From a virus (lineage: Duplodnaviria; Caudoviricetes): a stretch of 64,000 nt of DNA. Each line of letters begins with the position of its first letter. Within the stretch, counting starts at the first letter, position 1. The notes below the pieces were generated by a model. It did not search any database. It was not told the DNA's origin and saw only the letters and a list, made by a program, of their open reading frames with translations. The DNA lies in the IMG/VR virus record IMGVR_UViG_3300037249_001368, positions 1 through 64,000 of that record; one strand, given 5' to 3'. Position numbers and translations under genes: made by a program. This document shows positions 45,117-55,784 of this stretch, in pieces.

Positions 45117-46589
45117 ATGGCCGATATTAGTAAAATAAAACTTCCGGATGGCATAACCTATAACATCAAGGACACGGTCGCTCGTGATATGTTGGCCCAC
45201 TCTCTGGAGTTAGTAATCTGCCAAGATGGTTTGCCTGGTCCAGCTGGTCCCACATACCAGGGCAAAATCTATCTGGTACCCCATCAGCACGAAACCCAAG
45301 ACATTTACGATGAATATGTTGTCGTGCAAGACGTGAACACTCAGGCGTGGTCATGGGAGAAAATCGGTAACACCGATATCGACATGTCTAACTACTCGCT
45401 GAAGACTCACAAACACACAGTCACCACGAATATTCAGGTATCACCTCACACATACACACCAGCAGGCACCGTTGGTCCTGCAACTTTTGTAGGTCAAGCC
45501 GCCACTATCAACTTAACTGGTGACATCGAAGGTGATATTAGAATCATCGTTGATGCATCCCCGGCAACCGGTGATGAGAACTATGTCCCGACAGGTAGAG
45601 TGAATCTGACTTTGGGGAACTCACCAAACCATACTCACACCGTCGGTGGCACAACGAAGTATTTACGTAAGATAAGTGTGCCAAAAACATTCAGTACCGA
45701 AACTGCTGTAACCGCAATCAGTACTTCAAGACTGGTCAAAACTCAGGTGAAGGCTGTGACTGGTACTTCAACCGTTTCAAGACTGACTGGTTCCACTACC
45801 AAGGATGTGGCAAAGGTTGGTACTGATGTAACCATTCCTAAATTCGCTCTTGATTCACAAAATACGACCGTTCACAACATAGGTGGTAGTGGGGCAATCG
45901 CGACTGGAAACAGAGCCACAGGTGCTTTGACAAGTCCCGATTCAGGAACCAATAACATGATGTGGAACGCCAAGATTGACCCGAACGACCAAGACGGAGA
46001 AACTCTGATGTTCGAGTTCAAGAAAATGGCTGTTGATACTACCGTGACAGGTGTTACACCTACGCCAGTCCAATTCAAGAACATCACAGCCGATGGTAGC
46101 GAGACTCTGACTCCCGCTGTTTCCAATGGCACAGTACACGAATACACAAAAATCGACATCACCGTCGCGACCACCGATAACACACCTATTGATGTTGCTA
46201 CTGGTGCTGTTGCTTCTAATGGTGGTGGTGCTACTGGTGCTACTATCGCAACTGGTGCGACTACCGGAACAGTCCTGAAAGACATTGCATCTTCGGTGAA
46301 TGTGTTCAACTCCATCAACACTACACAACAGAGTGGAGACGAAGCAGTTATCACGGCAATCGACTCCAACACCGGTTCTGCTGGAGCTCATACTCACCGT
46401 GTCAGTGTGGAATTCGTTGGAGACCCTGTCGAAATCCAAGGAAGTCTTTCGACAGACGACATCCAGGCACAAGCATCTTACACTCCTGCTGGTACCGTCA
46501 ACGCCCCAGTCTTCACAGGCACCGAAGCTACCCTCGAACACACGGTCACTGGCAATGGTCCTTACACGACCTCGGCCGACAACTCGTAA
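45117..46589 (+). CDS. Tail fibre needle protein, paralog of the DGR target's N-terminal half
   Basis: IYDEYV...WEKIG...NYSLKTHKH; HTH motifs; Thr/Gly-rich. Confidence 0.8.
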   Translation: MADISKIKLPDGITYNIKDTVARDMLAHSLELVICQDGLPGPAGPTYQGKIYLVPHQHETQDIYDEYVVVQDVNTQAWSWEKIGNTDIDMSNYSLKTHKHTVTTNIQVSPHTYTPAGTVGPATFVGQAATINLTGDIEGDIRIIVDASPATGDENYVPTGRVNLTLGNSPNHTHTVGGTTKYLRKISVPKTFSTETAVTAISTSRLVKTQVKAVTGTSTVSRLTGSTTKDVAKVGTDVTIPKFALDSQNTTVHNIGGSGAIATGNRATGALTSPDSGTNNMMWNAKIDPNDQDGETLMFEFKKMAVDTTVTGVTPTPVQFKNITADGSETLTPAVSNGTVHEYTKIDITVATTDNTPIDVATGAVASNGGGATGATIATGATTGTVLKDIASSVNVFNSINTTQQSGDEAVITAIDSNTGSAGAHTHRVSVEFVGDPVEIQGSLSTDDIQAQASYTPAGTVNAPVFTGTEATLEHTVTGNGPYTTSADNS

Positions 46590-46616
46590 ATTTTCGGTTA
46601 TTTCCATACTTTCAGA

Positions 46617-46648
46617 AGAAACCCAGCCCTCGCGGTTGGGTTTCTTTG
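46617..46648 (+). terminator. Intrinsic terminator
   Basis: AAGAAACCCAGCC-CTCGC-GGTTGGGTTTCTTT. Confidence 0.8.
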
Positions 46649-46743
46649 TATGTCAGAAGGATGTGAGTGCCGATGTATATCTTGTTATTAATACATAACC
46701 AAGTAATACATAATCACCCAATCGGGTCTATAATTTTACCATA

Positions 46744-49700
46744 ATGCCAGACTACGTTAAAAAGATACGTACCACCGATGATTCCACCGAACATCGCTTA
46801 GTTGGTTCTGTGATTCCAGTTTCTCCGGAGAGTTTTGGGATGAAGGCCGGTGCTGCTCTGACCGAGGGCATGATAGTTTTCAAATCCACTGAAACCGGCT
46901 CTTCCTATGTAAACAAAATATATCCGATTACCAATACCAGTAAATACGTTGACTTGAACTGGGGCCTCGCCGTGGTCAAAAAGGCTTGTGCTTCAGGAAC
47001 TATCCTCAATGGTGATTACATCGCTCAGCAGGGCGTTTACACCTATTCTTCAGCAACCGCGGGCCGTGCCTACGGTATTATGTTGTCATACGACGGAACC
47101 GGTTACAAAATGGCTTCGTCGACGCTTTCCACCCTGATTGTAAACATGTCAACCGTCACCGACGGTTATTTTATTTACATAGGAATTGGACAGGTTTCGG
47201 GCACGAATAAAATCATTGCCTGCGACTTTTCCAATCACATGTTTTTCAGATTCAAAAATAACCGTGTAGTCGAAATCAACGGCAGGGACGTAGACACGCT
47301 TCATCCGTCGGTTCCCGTCTCGCCCGATTCCGTTGGCATCACCACTGGCGCTGCCATCACCGCCGGCGACATCATTTTCAGGTGTAAGACAGATAACAAG
47401 GTTTATCCAATCACCAACACCACCAACTACTTGGATTTGGATTGGGGGTTGGCGATAGCGAAGGAGGCATGTAACGCGAACTCGCTTCTGAGTGGTAATT
47501 CCATCCTACAACAAGGCCCAATCACATACGCTTCGGCTGTCCACGGTTCTGTGTATTACATCCGTCTGACAAAAGATTCTACCGGTTATAAGATATACTC
47601 CAACACTCCTGTCACTGTAACCGAAACATCAGGACATTACATTTACCTAGGTCATGGTATCGTTCATAACGGTGCGGGTAGCATCGCTTGTGATTTCTCA
47701 AATCACATGTTTCTGACATTGAATCACGGAAAGGTGACACACATCAATGGCAGAGAAATTGAAAGTAGTGGTGAAATAGTAATACCAGTAGCGGTAAATG
47801 CCACTCAACCATTTATAGGAGAAGATTTGAACGATAACCTTGTTTACAAATGTGTGACAGATGGTAAGTTGTATGAATTGAATGGTCAAAACATATCAAG
47901 CAAAGCGATTGATATGGATTGGGGTATAGCTTATTTCAAAGGAAGTATAGATTACGACCCAAATACAGACACTTCGCCTAATGCTAACACTCTTCTGCAT
48001 AAAGAAGAATTTTCAGGGTTAACTCCATATCTTCCAAGTGGTGCTAATTACGATGTTGGTGAAACATTATTCCTCATTTGCGCTTCACAAAACCCAACAC
48101 CTAGAGGTGTGACAGGAGTTTATCCTAAAGGAATAATATGTTCTTATGATGATGTAAAAAGTTATGCGACAAATTACTCGACTATAGTCCATTACATGTA
48201 TGTGGGGACATACACCGAAGACGGCTTTTTGGCACTTGATGTGACAAATCACGTTTTTTACGGAATGGAGTATCCTGACTTTAAGATAAAATCCATAAAC
48301 GGTATTGATATAACACAACCAACGATACCTCCAACAGATTATAGAAATCCTGTTGTTGGTGATTCTTTATTACCGTTAGCATACAACACAATCGCGGCAA
48401 ACTCACTTGTGTTTAAGGGAACTGATGGAAAACTAAGGGCTGTATCATTAACTAATCGGAGCGAAAAAGTTGACCCTGATTGGGGTTTAGCTATCTACAT
48501 AGGAAGTAGTGGGGTTGTTGCAGATACGCGTCCTGATAACAACAAGTTAATGCAACAATGCCAGTGGAATGGTGGTGGTGCTGATTTGACGTCATTTGCG
48601 GCAGGTGACCAAATTTATGCTGTTTTTGATGCATCAAACCATGACAGTGACGGCATAATGTATCCTTTGGTAAGTGAAACAGGTTTAATTCTAACAAACA
48701 GGGCTGGTTTAGTGACACTCGCTGATGGTGGCAGTTTGATTTATTGTTACATAGGCACTTTGATTGTAAACAATAACACCAAAACTATCGCTGTTGATTT
48801 ATCAGCGCACCAATTCATTACCGAAGATTTCTCTCAAAATAAGATTACGGACATAAACGGTGTAGCAGTTGGCAGTGATATAAAAGCATATAACTCTACA
48901 TCAGGTATCACTAATGGTAGATTCACTTACTACTTTCAGATAAAAAAGATAGCAGTACCAGGACCAGGAATTTACAGGTCATGGCTCAACATAAACCTGT
49001 ATAATTTCAAACCATATCCTATAGAGGTATATCTTTACAATTATGCTGTTTTTGTAGACCCAAATTCAAACACTGTAGGTAACAATCCTACTGAGAAAAA
49101 GATAATCAACATACCTCCATACACTTGTTACAACGCGTGTATGGAATCTATATTGAGAGTCAGTCCTGATATGATTGAGGATAATCCTACTTATGTTTTA
49201 GGATATGGATATAGGTATGAGGTAAGTGAGCAAAAACATGTTTATGTGATAGGTGAGTTACCTGAAAAACACATAACAGTTGATATTCCTTATTCGATAT
49301 CCATAGGAGCAAGCAACTATTACGTCAGGGATGAATTACAGGATATGGTTCTGAACTCCACTCAGTACTATGGTTGGACTAAATACAATAACAAAAACAA
49401 TCATGTATGGACTACCGTTTTACCTGCATTAACTGCTTCAGGAATAGGTACTGTCTATTATTACAGTAAGACTGGTAGTCAACTAGGTATGGTGGATATA
49501 GCCAGGTATGAAACGAAAAACATTTACGAGAGATATCAGGACGGAGACTATAAAATTGATAAGGAAGGTCAGGAAAAAATCTGGTATGCTTGGAAATGTT
49601 TATCAAGACCAACCTACTCCGATGATACTTACGGACTATACAACTTCCAGTACCTAATATATACCGAATCTGAGACACCATCATCGACAGAAAGTTCTTA

Positions 49701-49917
49701 CGTTTCAGGTCAACGTCGCTATACAGTATACCAAGGTGCTTACGATAATTACGGGAACTATCTATGTGGTAGGGTTTTGGATTATAAACAAGAACCAAAC
49801 GAAGCTCCGTTTAGTCAATATGGGATAATAAGAATCGGTGATTATGACGCCAATATTAATGCAGGTGGTGGAGGTGGTGGTTTTGATAGTGTCGTAGACG
49901 TTTGGGAAAACAACTAA
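46744..49917 (+). CDS. Large fibre/adhesin-like protein with four internal ~160-190-aa repeats
   Basis: Repeated DxxWGLA...QQ...Y.YIG...DxSNH.F...ING. Confidence 0.75.
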   Translation: MPDYVKKIRTTDDSTEHRLVGSVIPVSPESFGMKAGAALTEGMIVFKSTETGSSYVNKIYPITNTSKYVDLNWGLAVVKKACASGTILNGDYIAQQGVYTYSSATAGRAYGIMLSYDGTGYKMASSTLSTLIVNMSTVTDGYFIYIGIGQVSGTNKIIACDFSNHMFFRFKNNRVVEINGRDVDTLHPSVPVSPDSVGITTGAAITAGDIIFRCKTDNKVYPITNTTNYLDLDWGLAIAKEACNANSLLSGNSILQQGPITYASAVHGSVYYIRLTKDSTGYKIYSNTPVTVTETSGHYIYLGHGIVHNGAGSIACDFSNHMFLTLNHGKVTHINGREIESSGEIVIPVAVNATQPFIGEDLNDNLVYKCVTDGKLYELNGQNISSKAIDMDWGIAYFKGSIDYDPNTDTSPNANTLLHKEEFSGLTPYLPSGANYDVGETLFLICASQNPTPRGVTGVYPKGIICSYDDVKSYATNYSTIVHYMYVGTYTEDGFLALDVTNHVFYGMEYPDFKIKSINGIDITQPTIPPTDYRNPVVGDSLLPLAYNTIAANSLVFKGTDGKLRAVSLTNRSEKVDPDWGLAIYIGSSGVVADTRPDNNKLMQQCQWNGGGADLTSFAAGDQIYAVFDASNHDSDGIMYPLVSETGLILTNRAGLVTLADGGSLIYCYIGTLIVNNNTKTIAVDLSAHQFITEDFSQNKITDINGVAVGSDIKAYNSTSGITNGRFTYYFQIKKIAVPGPGIYRSWLNINLYNFKPYPIEVYLYNYAVFVDPNSNTVGNNPTEKKIINIPPYTCYNACMESILRVSPDMIEDNPTYVLGYGYRYEVSEQKHVYVIGELPEKHITVDIPYSISIGASNYYVRDELQDMVLNSTQYYGWTKYNNKNNHVWTTVLPALTASGIGTVYYYSKTGSQLGMVDIARYETKNIYERYQDGDYKIDKEGQEKIWYAWKCLSRPTYSDDTYGLYNFQYLIYTESETPSSTESSYVSGQRRYTVYQGAYDNYGNYLCGRVLDYKQEPNEAPFSQYGIIRIGDYDANINAGGGGGGFDSVVDVWENN

Positions 49918-50302
49918 AGAAATATTACACGAACCAAGTGATTTAGTTGTAGGTATAGGTGATATAAGACCTGGGAACAGAAAATTAAAAGAAGACTTTG
50001 GTTACTCATCCATTGATTTCAAATCATACGAATCATTATGGAACAGTTTGGTCGATTGCGCTGCTTCGACAGTATCAGGTTTGTCAGATGAAAACTCAAT
50101 AAAACGTTCGATTGAGAAAGTTCGCACCAAAGCCGGAACAAAAAAGACAGAAAAAGTATACAAGAATGGCGAAGCTCCGAAAAGAAGAAAACATACCGAA
50201 AAGCCAATTGATTACTATTTCGAACCAGATACCCGTACCTTAGAGGAATACATCGCCTCGATTTAATCACGAACAGCACAGCTTTTTTCATACTATTGGA
50301 TG

Positions 50303-50340
50303 AACCAAGCACCTCCCCAAGATGCTTGGTTTCTTTTTGT
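50303..50340 (+). terminator. Intrinsic terminator
   Basis: GAACCAAGCA...TGCTTGGTTTC followed by a T-tract. Confidence 0.7.
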
Positions 50341-50377
50341 AATAAATAACCGAATCCCAAAATAATCTTTCATAATC

Positions 50378-50830
50378 ATGCAACTCACCAAAGAACAGAG
50401 TTTCGAGATAATCGCTCATAATGAACAGCGCGGCTACTTCGGTCGTAGATTCAGATTCACTTCCAAGACCCGAGAAATTTGTTTGGGCTGTGCCAAGCCC
50501 ATCTACATCTCTTTCGGGAATATTTCCGTGAATAATGTTTTTTGCAACGACTGCAAACATCGGTTCAAGACGGCGCGTACCATCGTCCAATATCGGTACA
50601 TGAACTACGTCAAGAACCACCAAACAAGAATAATTCAACAGCTGTTGAACGCCGACAACCCTAATTTCACCAAGGAAGTCATCCGCCCAATTCTGTTGAA
50701 AGAAGACAACATAAACAAGCATCACGTCGAGCCCGTTACCAATTTCAACCGCATCAAAAAAGCCGACCAAGACTCGGACATCACCATCACCCCGTATTTG
50801 GAAACAGTGCTTGAAGATTTTGCTTTATAA
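50378..50830 (+). CDS. Hypothetical protein with two CxxC pairs
   Basis: CLGC...CNDC. Confidence 0.75.
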   Translation: MQLTKEQSFEIIAHNEQRGYFGRRFRFTSKTREICLGCAKPIYISFGNISVNNVFCNDCKHRFKTARTIVQYRYMNYVKNHQTRIIQQLLNADNPNFTKEVIRPILLKEDNINKHHVEPVTNFNRIKKADQDSDITITPYLETVLEDFAL

Positions 50831-50858
50831 GCAACCATAATCACATATTCACCAGACA

Positions 50859-51263
50859 ATGACACAACCCATCAACGACATAATCACCGTCGATTACCGG
50901 TCAAAGACCAAAAACATGTGTACCGAGATGAACCTCCCTGCTGAGGACATCAATTCACTGGTCATGTTCCTGAACTACTGCTTTACGATGAAAAACAATT
51001 TCTTCATCGAGAACTTTAACAAAGGCATGATTAAGAATGTTTACCATGTTTACAACAAAATGAAGACTAACATTTTCAGCGAAAGCGAGAATCTTTACAC
51101 CAGTCTTCTTCCATCCGACACCAAATTATTGAAGTTCATTCTGTCGAATTTTCTTTCCAACTATAAGAAGATTTCCGACAAACAAATAAAATCATACATC
51201 AATGAGACCCAACTGAAAAACATCATAGGAACATTGCATGGGAATAATCAAAACAATAGCTGA
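50859..51263 (+). CDS. Hypothetical protein
   Basis: 134-aa ORF. Confidence 0.7.
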   Translation: MTQPINDIITVDYRSKTKNMCTEMNLPAEDINSLVMFLNYCFTMKNNFFIENFNKGMIKNVYHVYNKMKTNIFSESENLYTSLLPSDTKLLKFILSNFLSNYKKISDKQIKSYINETQLKNIIGTLHGNNQNNS

Positions 51264-52314
51264 TTTCTTCAAAAACATATCCAAGAAGTCAACAAATAAT
51301 CGATATAATTCAGATAATCGCGAACGTTTTAATGTGAGTGATTCAAATAATCTCAAAAATTCAGAAACAATGCCAGCACAATTCGTAAGACTCGGTCATT
51401 ACAAAGCCAAATCAGGAGGAATGTCCGAGGATTCCATCAGAATGATTCGGGTCCTCGCCAATGACCCAAAGAATCCCGATATGTGGATTTTAGCCGATGG
51501 CTCCAAAAAATCCTCATACGAAATCCTCCAAAACTATGAATACATGAATACCTCCCACGAGGAGAACCCACAGCAACCAATGAATCCATTGGTGATTGGT
51601 GATTTAGGAGGTATTCCCGAAAACTTCGGAACAAATACAGCAGACCCCAATCCCAATGTCGTCAGACAAACAACTACAGCTCCGTCTCCAGACATTATTC
51701 CACCAACTTACCCACAGCAACCCCAACAACCAGTAGTTCAAGTTGTGGAGAAACGCGTGGAACTCGAGCAACAAATCATCGACAAGTGCGAGACTCTCGA
51801 AATCCATGAATACACTCTCAAAATCACCGTTACAACCAACCTTGATTTTGAGAAGCTGAAAACCAGCATAGACATCTTGGGTTTGGACAAAGAACTCGTC
51901 GCTCAACACGTCCTCCAAAAACTCCAACAAAATCCCAACAATGATATCAACAAGATGGTTTCCCAAGCCATCGTCGAAAATATCCTGAATCCTCCAACAC
52001 AGAAGGAACTTCTAGAAATGGCCGAAACGTTGAGGCCTGAAAAACCTGCCCCAATCGCGAACAAAACAAGTGAAGCAATTCTTCAGGCTGCTGGTTTTGA
52101 TTTGAATGATGAACTCCAATACCCCGAATCCCAACCAGCCGTCATTGAACCAATCCCCGAAGAATCAGTACCAATCCTCTACGGTCTGACAGGTCAAGTC
52201 ACCAGCGACGGTGAAAATGTCTTTGACCCCGAAAATCACGAGGAAAGCAACATGGACAGCATCGACGATTTCCTGAAACACTTGGAACAAAGATACGATA
52301 CCCTTAAAAGCTAA
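51238..52314 (+). CDS. Pro/Gln-rich hypothetical protein (start may be ATG 51370)
   Basis: A conserved hairpin at 51316-51343 lies before the in-frame ATG 51370. Confidence 0.75.
   Translation: MGIIKTIADFFKNISKKSTNNRYNSDNRERFNVSDSNNLKNSETMPAQFVRLGHYKAKSGGMSEDSIRMIRVLANDPKNPDMWILADGSKKSSYEILQNYEYMNTSHEENPQQPMNPLVIGDLGGIPENFGTNTADPNPNVVRQTTTAPSPDIIPPTYPQQPQQPVVQVVEKRVELEQQIIDKCETLEIHEYTLKITVTTNLDFEKLKTSIDILGLDKELVAQHVLQKLQQNPNNDINKMVSQAIVENILNPPTQKELLEMAETLRPEKPAPIANKTSEAILQAAGFDLNDELQYPESQPAVIEPIPEESVPILYGLTGQVTSDGENVFDPENHEESNMDSIDDFLKHLEQRYDTLKS
51316..51343 (+). promoter_or_regulatory. Conserved tandem-GA hairpin
   Basis: AATCGC-GAA-CGTT-TT-AATG-TGA-GTGATT. Confidence 0.7.
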
Positions 52315-52319
52315 TAATC

Positions 52320-52925
52320 ATGCCTAACACAAGTAGAGCTTCAAAACTCATCGGTTGGGATAAGGTTCCTGAAAGTTTTGGTATCGAAGGAAATGTCCTG
52401 ATGAATGAGTTCATAAATCTGTATTCGGAAGATAACCTAATTCTTGATGATGGAGATGAGTGCTTTTTTCTGTTAACAAACATGAATGATTATTTCATGC
52501 CTATCGTTTGTCAAGGAAAAATCATCCACTCGACATTCACCGAGGGTATGACCAAAACCCATTTGATTGAGTTTAGAAAGTTTCTTGATACAGAAGAACT
52601 TATCAAAGACACAATGTATGATAAGCCTTTCGAGATATACATCATGAAACACAATCAAATGTATAAGATGAAACGTGTCGTGGTTATTCCGAAAAAATTA
52701 TTCGCTGCTAACAGTGGTAACAATTACTTCAATAACAACGATAATTACTATCGGTTGTTTCCCGTAAATTCTTTCTTTGTTAGAGGTTTCAGGAGTGGTG
52801 ATGAAGCACATTATCAGAAACAACTCCAAAACATCAGAAGACTCAGGGCAGAATACGTCACATACCTCAAGGAAGATTTTACCAAGAACTACGAACGATT
52901 AATCACGTTTTCTGAATTAATGTAG
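52320..52925 (+). CDS. Hypothetical protein
   Basis: 201-aa ORF. Confidence 0.75.
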   Translation: MPNTSRASKLIGWDKVPESFGIEGNVLMNEFINLYSEDNLILDDGDECFFLLTNMNDYFMPIVCQGKIIHSTFTEGMTKTHLIEFRKFLDTEELIKDTMYDKPFEIYIMKHNQMYKMKRVVVIPKKLFAANSGNNYFNNNDNYYRLFPVNSFFVRGFRSGDEAHYQKQLQNIRRLRAEYVTYLKEDFTKNYERLITFSELM

Positions 52926-52929
52926 GGTT

Positions 52930-53631
52930 ATGAAACTTATCGTAGGTTTGGATTTGTCATTTAACTCAACGGGAATCTGCTTGAGCCATCTTTCAGAAGA
53001 TAACATCGCCGAAAAGATTTCATTCTATCGGATTGTTTTTGATGATGAATCCAGAAAAGGAGTTTATGTACCAAAATCAGTCAAAAACATCAACACAAGA
53101 ATTTACAGGTTACCTCACTACTTGACTCCTGAAGTTCTATGTATTGATGATTCTGATGAAAACAATAAAGACCAGATAGAAACAACCTTAAGAGCCATGT
53201 GTGCCTCGAAAGAGATTTTCGGTGCATTTCATGATTTCTATCAGAACCACCCATGTGATTTTATCATAGTAAGCATTGAAAACTACATCATGCCGTCCTT
53301 TGGTGGACAAAACAGTCTTAAGAATGTTTCAGGACTCATAGCGCTCCAAGCATTCATCAGGGAATTGTTCTTAAGGTTCTGTAACAAAAACCGCATCAGG
53401 ATTAAAATGCTGACTCCTTCCCCAACCACCCTTAAGAAGTTTTTCACCGACAACGGAAAAGCAGAAAAAGAGGACATGTTAAAATCGTTCCAAGAAAGAT
53501 TTGACGGTTACAAACTATTACCCAACAGTGGACCTGAAACATTAAAGATAATCAACGACGTAGTTGATGCTTTTGCATTGAACATTTACGCGTACGGAAA
53601 ATTGTTAAACTACACAACCGAAGAATTTTAA
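52930..53631 (+). CDS. RuvC-like Holliday junction resolvase
   Basis: IVGLDLSFNSTG; SIENY; PTTLKKFFTDNGKAEKEDM; DVVDAFAL. Confidence 0.85.
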   Translation: MKLIVGLDLSFNSTGICLSHLSEDNIAEKISFYRIVFDDESRKGVYVPKSVKNINTRIYRLPHYLTPEVLCIDDSDENNKDQIETTLRAMCASKEIFGAFHDFYQNHPCDFIIVSIENYIMPSFGGQNSLKNVSGLIALQAFIRELFLRFCNKNRIRIKMLTPSPTTLKKFFTDNGKAEKEDMLKSFQERFDGYKLLPNSGPETLKIINDVVDAFALNIYAYGKLLNYTTEEF

Positions 53632-53632
53632 C

Positions 53633-53663
53633 TGGCGCGAACGTCCGAAGGATGTGAGTGCCA
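53633..53663 (+). promoter_or_regulatory. Conserved tandem-GA hairpin
   Basis: TGGCGC-GAA-CGTCC-GAA-GGATG-TGA-GTGCCA. Confidence 0.8.
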
Positions 53664-53680
53664 ATGTATATACAACAATC

Positions 53681-54175
53681 ATGAAAAGCATATATCTCGA
53701 AAGAACAAAATCTCTCAAAGAAATCATAAACAACATCGGGGTTGGTTTATATTCAACCAAAATTGATGACGTCAACGATGTCTATATCACATCAGAAAAA
53801 TACCCCGATATAATCATAAAACCTGTCGAAGTAGATATCCCGAAACCTGTTCTCATTCCTATATTGAAAGTTGCTATCCCGATATTTCAGAAACTCAAAA
53901 TCAACCTAAAAAATATCGAGACGACTGGTTTAGATTATATAGTGTATAGCGCAGTAGACGAGACTCTTATGGCGGAGTCACTGCTAACAATGCTATGCGC
54001 CCCAGTAGATTCAGAAAAAGACAGCACTTACAACATGGAAAACCCCGTTTGGGACATGTTCATTTATGTCTCCGACGAGTACAAACCATTGGTTGAGGAC
54101 GCGGTTGAAGATATGGATTTGCCAATAGAATTGGATTCGGTTACTGACACTTTACAAATACCCCAAACAGAATGA
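53681..54175 (+). CDS. Hypothetical protein
   Basis: ATG 53681 preferred over the GTG inside the hairpin. Confidence 0.75.
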   Translation: MKSIYLERTKSLKEIINNIGVGLYSTKIDDVNDVYITSEKYPDIIIKPVEVDIPKPVLIPILKVAIPIFQKLKINLKNIETTGLDYIVYSAVDETLMAESLLTMLCAPVDSEKDSTYNMENPVWDMFIYVSDEYKPLVEDAVEDMDLPIELDSVTDTLQIPQTE

Positions 54176-54384
54176 ACCCACTTAGAGACATATTCCACCA
54201 AACATTCCAATCACTGAACCTAAAGCCAGGCATGGAAGAAGCGTTATTTGTGCTGTTGGCTGCTTTCATAGCAGTAATCATATCTGCTGTTGGATTGGCT
54301 GTTCTCGATAGTTTGGTGACCAAAATAGAAGATTATTTCAGAAATAGGAAAAGTAATGGCAGCAAACATCAAAACATTGTCTGA
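54172..54384 (+). CDS. Small membrane protein
   Basis: One long hydrophobic segment. Confidence 0.6.
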   Translation: MNPLRDIFHQTFQSLNLKPGMEEALFVLLAAFIAVIISAVGLAVLDSLVTKIEDYFRNRKSNGSKHQNIV

Positions 54385-54520
54385 TTATAAACTGGCAGAA
54401 GTTTTGTTAGGGCATTTAGAAATTGCTAACATATCAGGGAATTTTGCTGAAGCAGTTAGAGAAGCAGCCAATCGTCTACAAAAACCAAAAACAGGTTACG
54501 TCAATAATCCCGAATTTTGA
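54356..54520 (+). CDS. 54-aa hypothetical protein (not in the ORF track)
   Basis: MAANIKTLSDYKLAEVLLGHL...VREAANRL. Confidence 0.5.
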   Translation: MAANIKTLSDYKLAEVLLGHLEIANISGNFAEAVREAANRLQKPKTGYVNNPEF

Positions 54521-54538
54521 ACAACAAATCATAAAACA

Positions 54539-55147
54539 ATGAAACAGACCTTACCAATCAACAAAGAAAACAAAATCAAATGTTTTGAGGAAGAACTCGA
54601 ACAGTTCGAGAATCCTTACATTAGGACATTCACGAGAACCTGCATCGGCGAATTACCGGATTATTTCTTCCTGAAGCCATCGACTTCATCAGGAAAGTAT
54701 CATTCACCCGACGAGCGTGGTAATTACGGTTTGATTCTTCACACCAAGCGCGTGTTCCAAACCCTGCTGAAATTATTCCGCTTGGAGGAATTTGCTCAAA
54801 TCTCTGAAGTCAGAAAAGAATACCTGATGTCAGCAGCATTGCTTCACGATGGATTAAAATACGGCTCTGCTGAGAATCAATCAGAACACACAATGTTCGA
54901 ACACCCAATTTTCGCCGCACATTTTGTGAAAGCCATCGGTCAAAGAGAAGGCTATGGCCCTGGTTCAGAAATCATCGCCAATTTCATAATTTCGCACATG
55001 GGGCAATGGAATCAGAGCCCTTACAGTCAAGTCACACTTCCCAAGCCAACTTCCATTGAACAAAAAGCCCTTCACATGGCAGATTACATGGCTTCTAACA
55101 TTCCTACGGTAACGCTTGATGACATTTACCAGTTCATAGAAATCTGA
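54539..55147 (+). CDS. HD-domain phosphohydrolase
   Basis: SSGKYH...GLILHT...ALLHD...SHMG...HMADY. Confidence 0.85.
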   Translation: MKQTLPINKENKIKCFEEELEQFENPYIRTFTRTCIGELPDYFFLKPSTSSGKYHSPDERGNYGLILHTKRVFQTLLKLFRLEEFAQISEVRKEYLMSAALLHDGLKYGSAENQSEHTMFEHPIFAAHFVKAIGQREGYGPGSEIIANFIISHMGQWNQSPYSQVTLPKPTSIEQKALHMADYMASNIPTVTLDDIYQFIEI

Positions 55148-55150
55148 GCC

Positions 55151-55618
55151 ATGCCACCAGAAAGCAAATATTTTCTGACAGTGATTCGGTCAAGAGACCT
55201 CCTTCGTCAAGAAGCACTGCTTTTGGACCTGTTATCTTTGGTGGAACGGGTTTATGACTCAGAACACAAAGAAACATTCTTGGAAGAACTGAAAAACTCT
55301 CCTGACACACTGGTTGCTTTCATAACGAGTAATTTTTCAGTCATAGGTCTTGGTTGTATCTGTGAGTCGCATGCCTCATTTGGTCTTTATGAGCTGTTTT
55401 GGGGTATGGTTGATGAAGAACACCGAGGCAAAGGTTTGGGCAAAACCTTGGTTGAGAAGAGGATTCAGTTTGTCAGAGAAAGCTGCGTCGGTAAACACAA
55501 ACCAACCGATTTCATCGCCGTCACCGAAAAAACTTGGCACCTTTACAGATGTGGTTTCACGGTCATCAAGAAATTGAAGAGCGGCGAGGGAGGAGAATAC
55601 TTGATGTATAAGTTATGA
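55151..55618 (+). CDS. GNAT-family acetyltransferase
   Basis: Motif A VDEEHRGKGLGKTL; LYRCGF. Confidence 0.85.
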   Translation: MPPESKYFLTVIRSRDLLRQEALLLDLLSLVERVYDSEHKETFLEELKNSPDTLVAFITSNFSVIGLGCICESHASFGLYELFWGMVDEEHRGKGLGKTLVEKRIQFVRESCVGKHKPTDFIAVTEKTWHLYRCGFTVIKKLKSGEGGEYLMYKL

Positions 55619-55784
55619 AAGAATTTCCCAAAGAAACCTACAGACATATCAGGAAAGACTCAAACGGTAAGCGTCACGAAGAAATCCACCATTCGTATGA
55701 TTTCCGTGTCAGAAATGAAAACATAACCGAAGAAACTCCTGTTTAATAAATAAGCCAATTCATTTACATTAAATTCAGAAAATT

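Noticed and set aside
45117-49917. A second DGR target among the other fibre genes
   Set aside because: I found no further match to the TR or its GC-rich 3' end by eye within the window.
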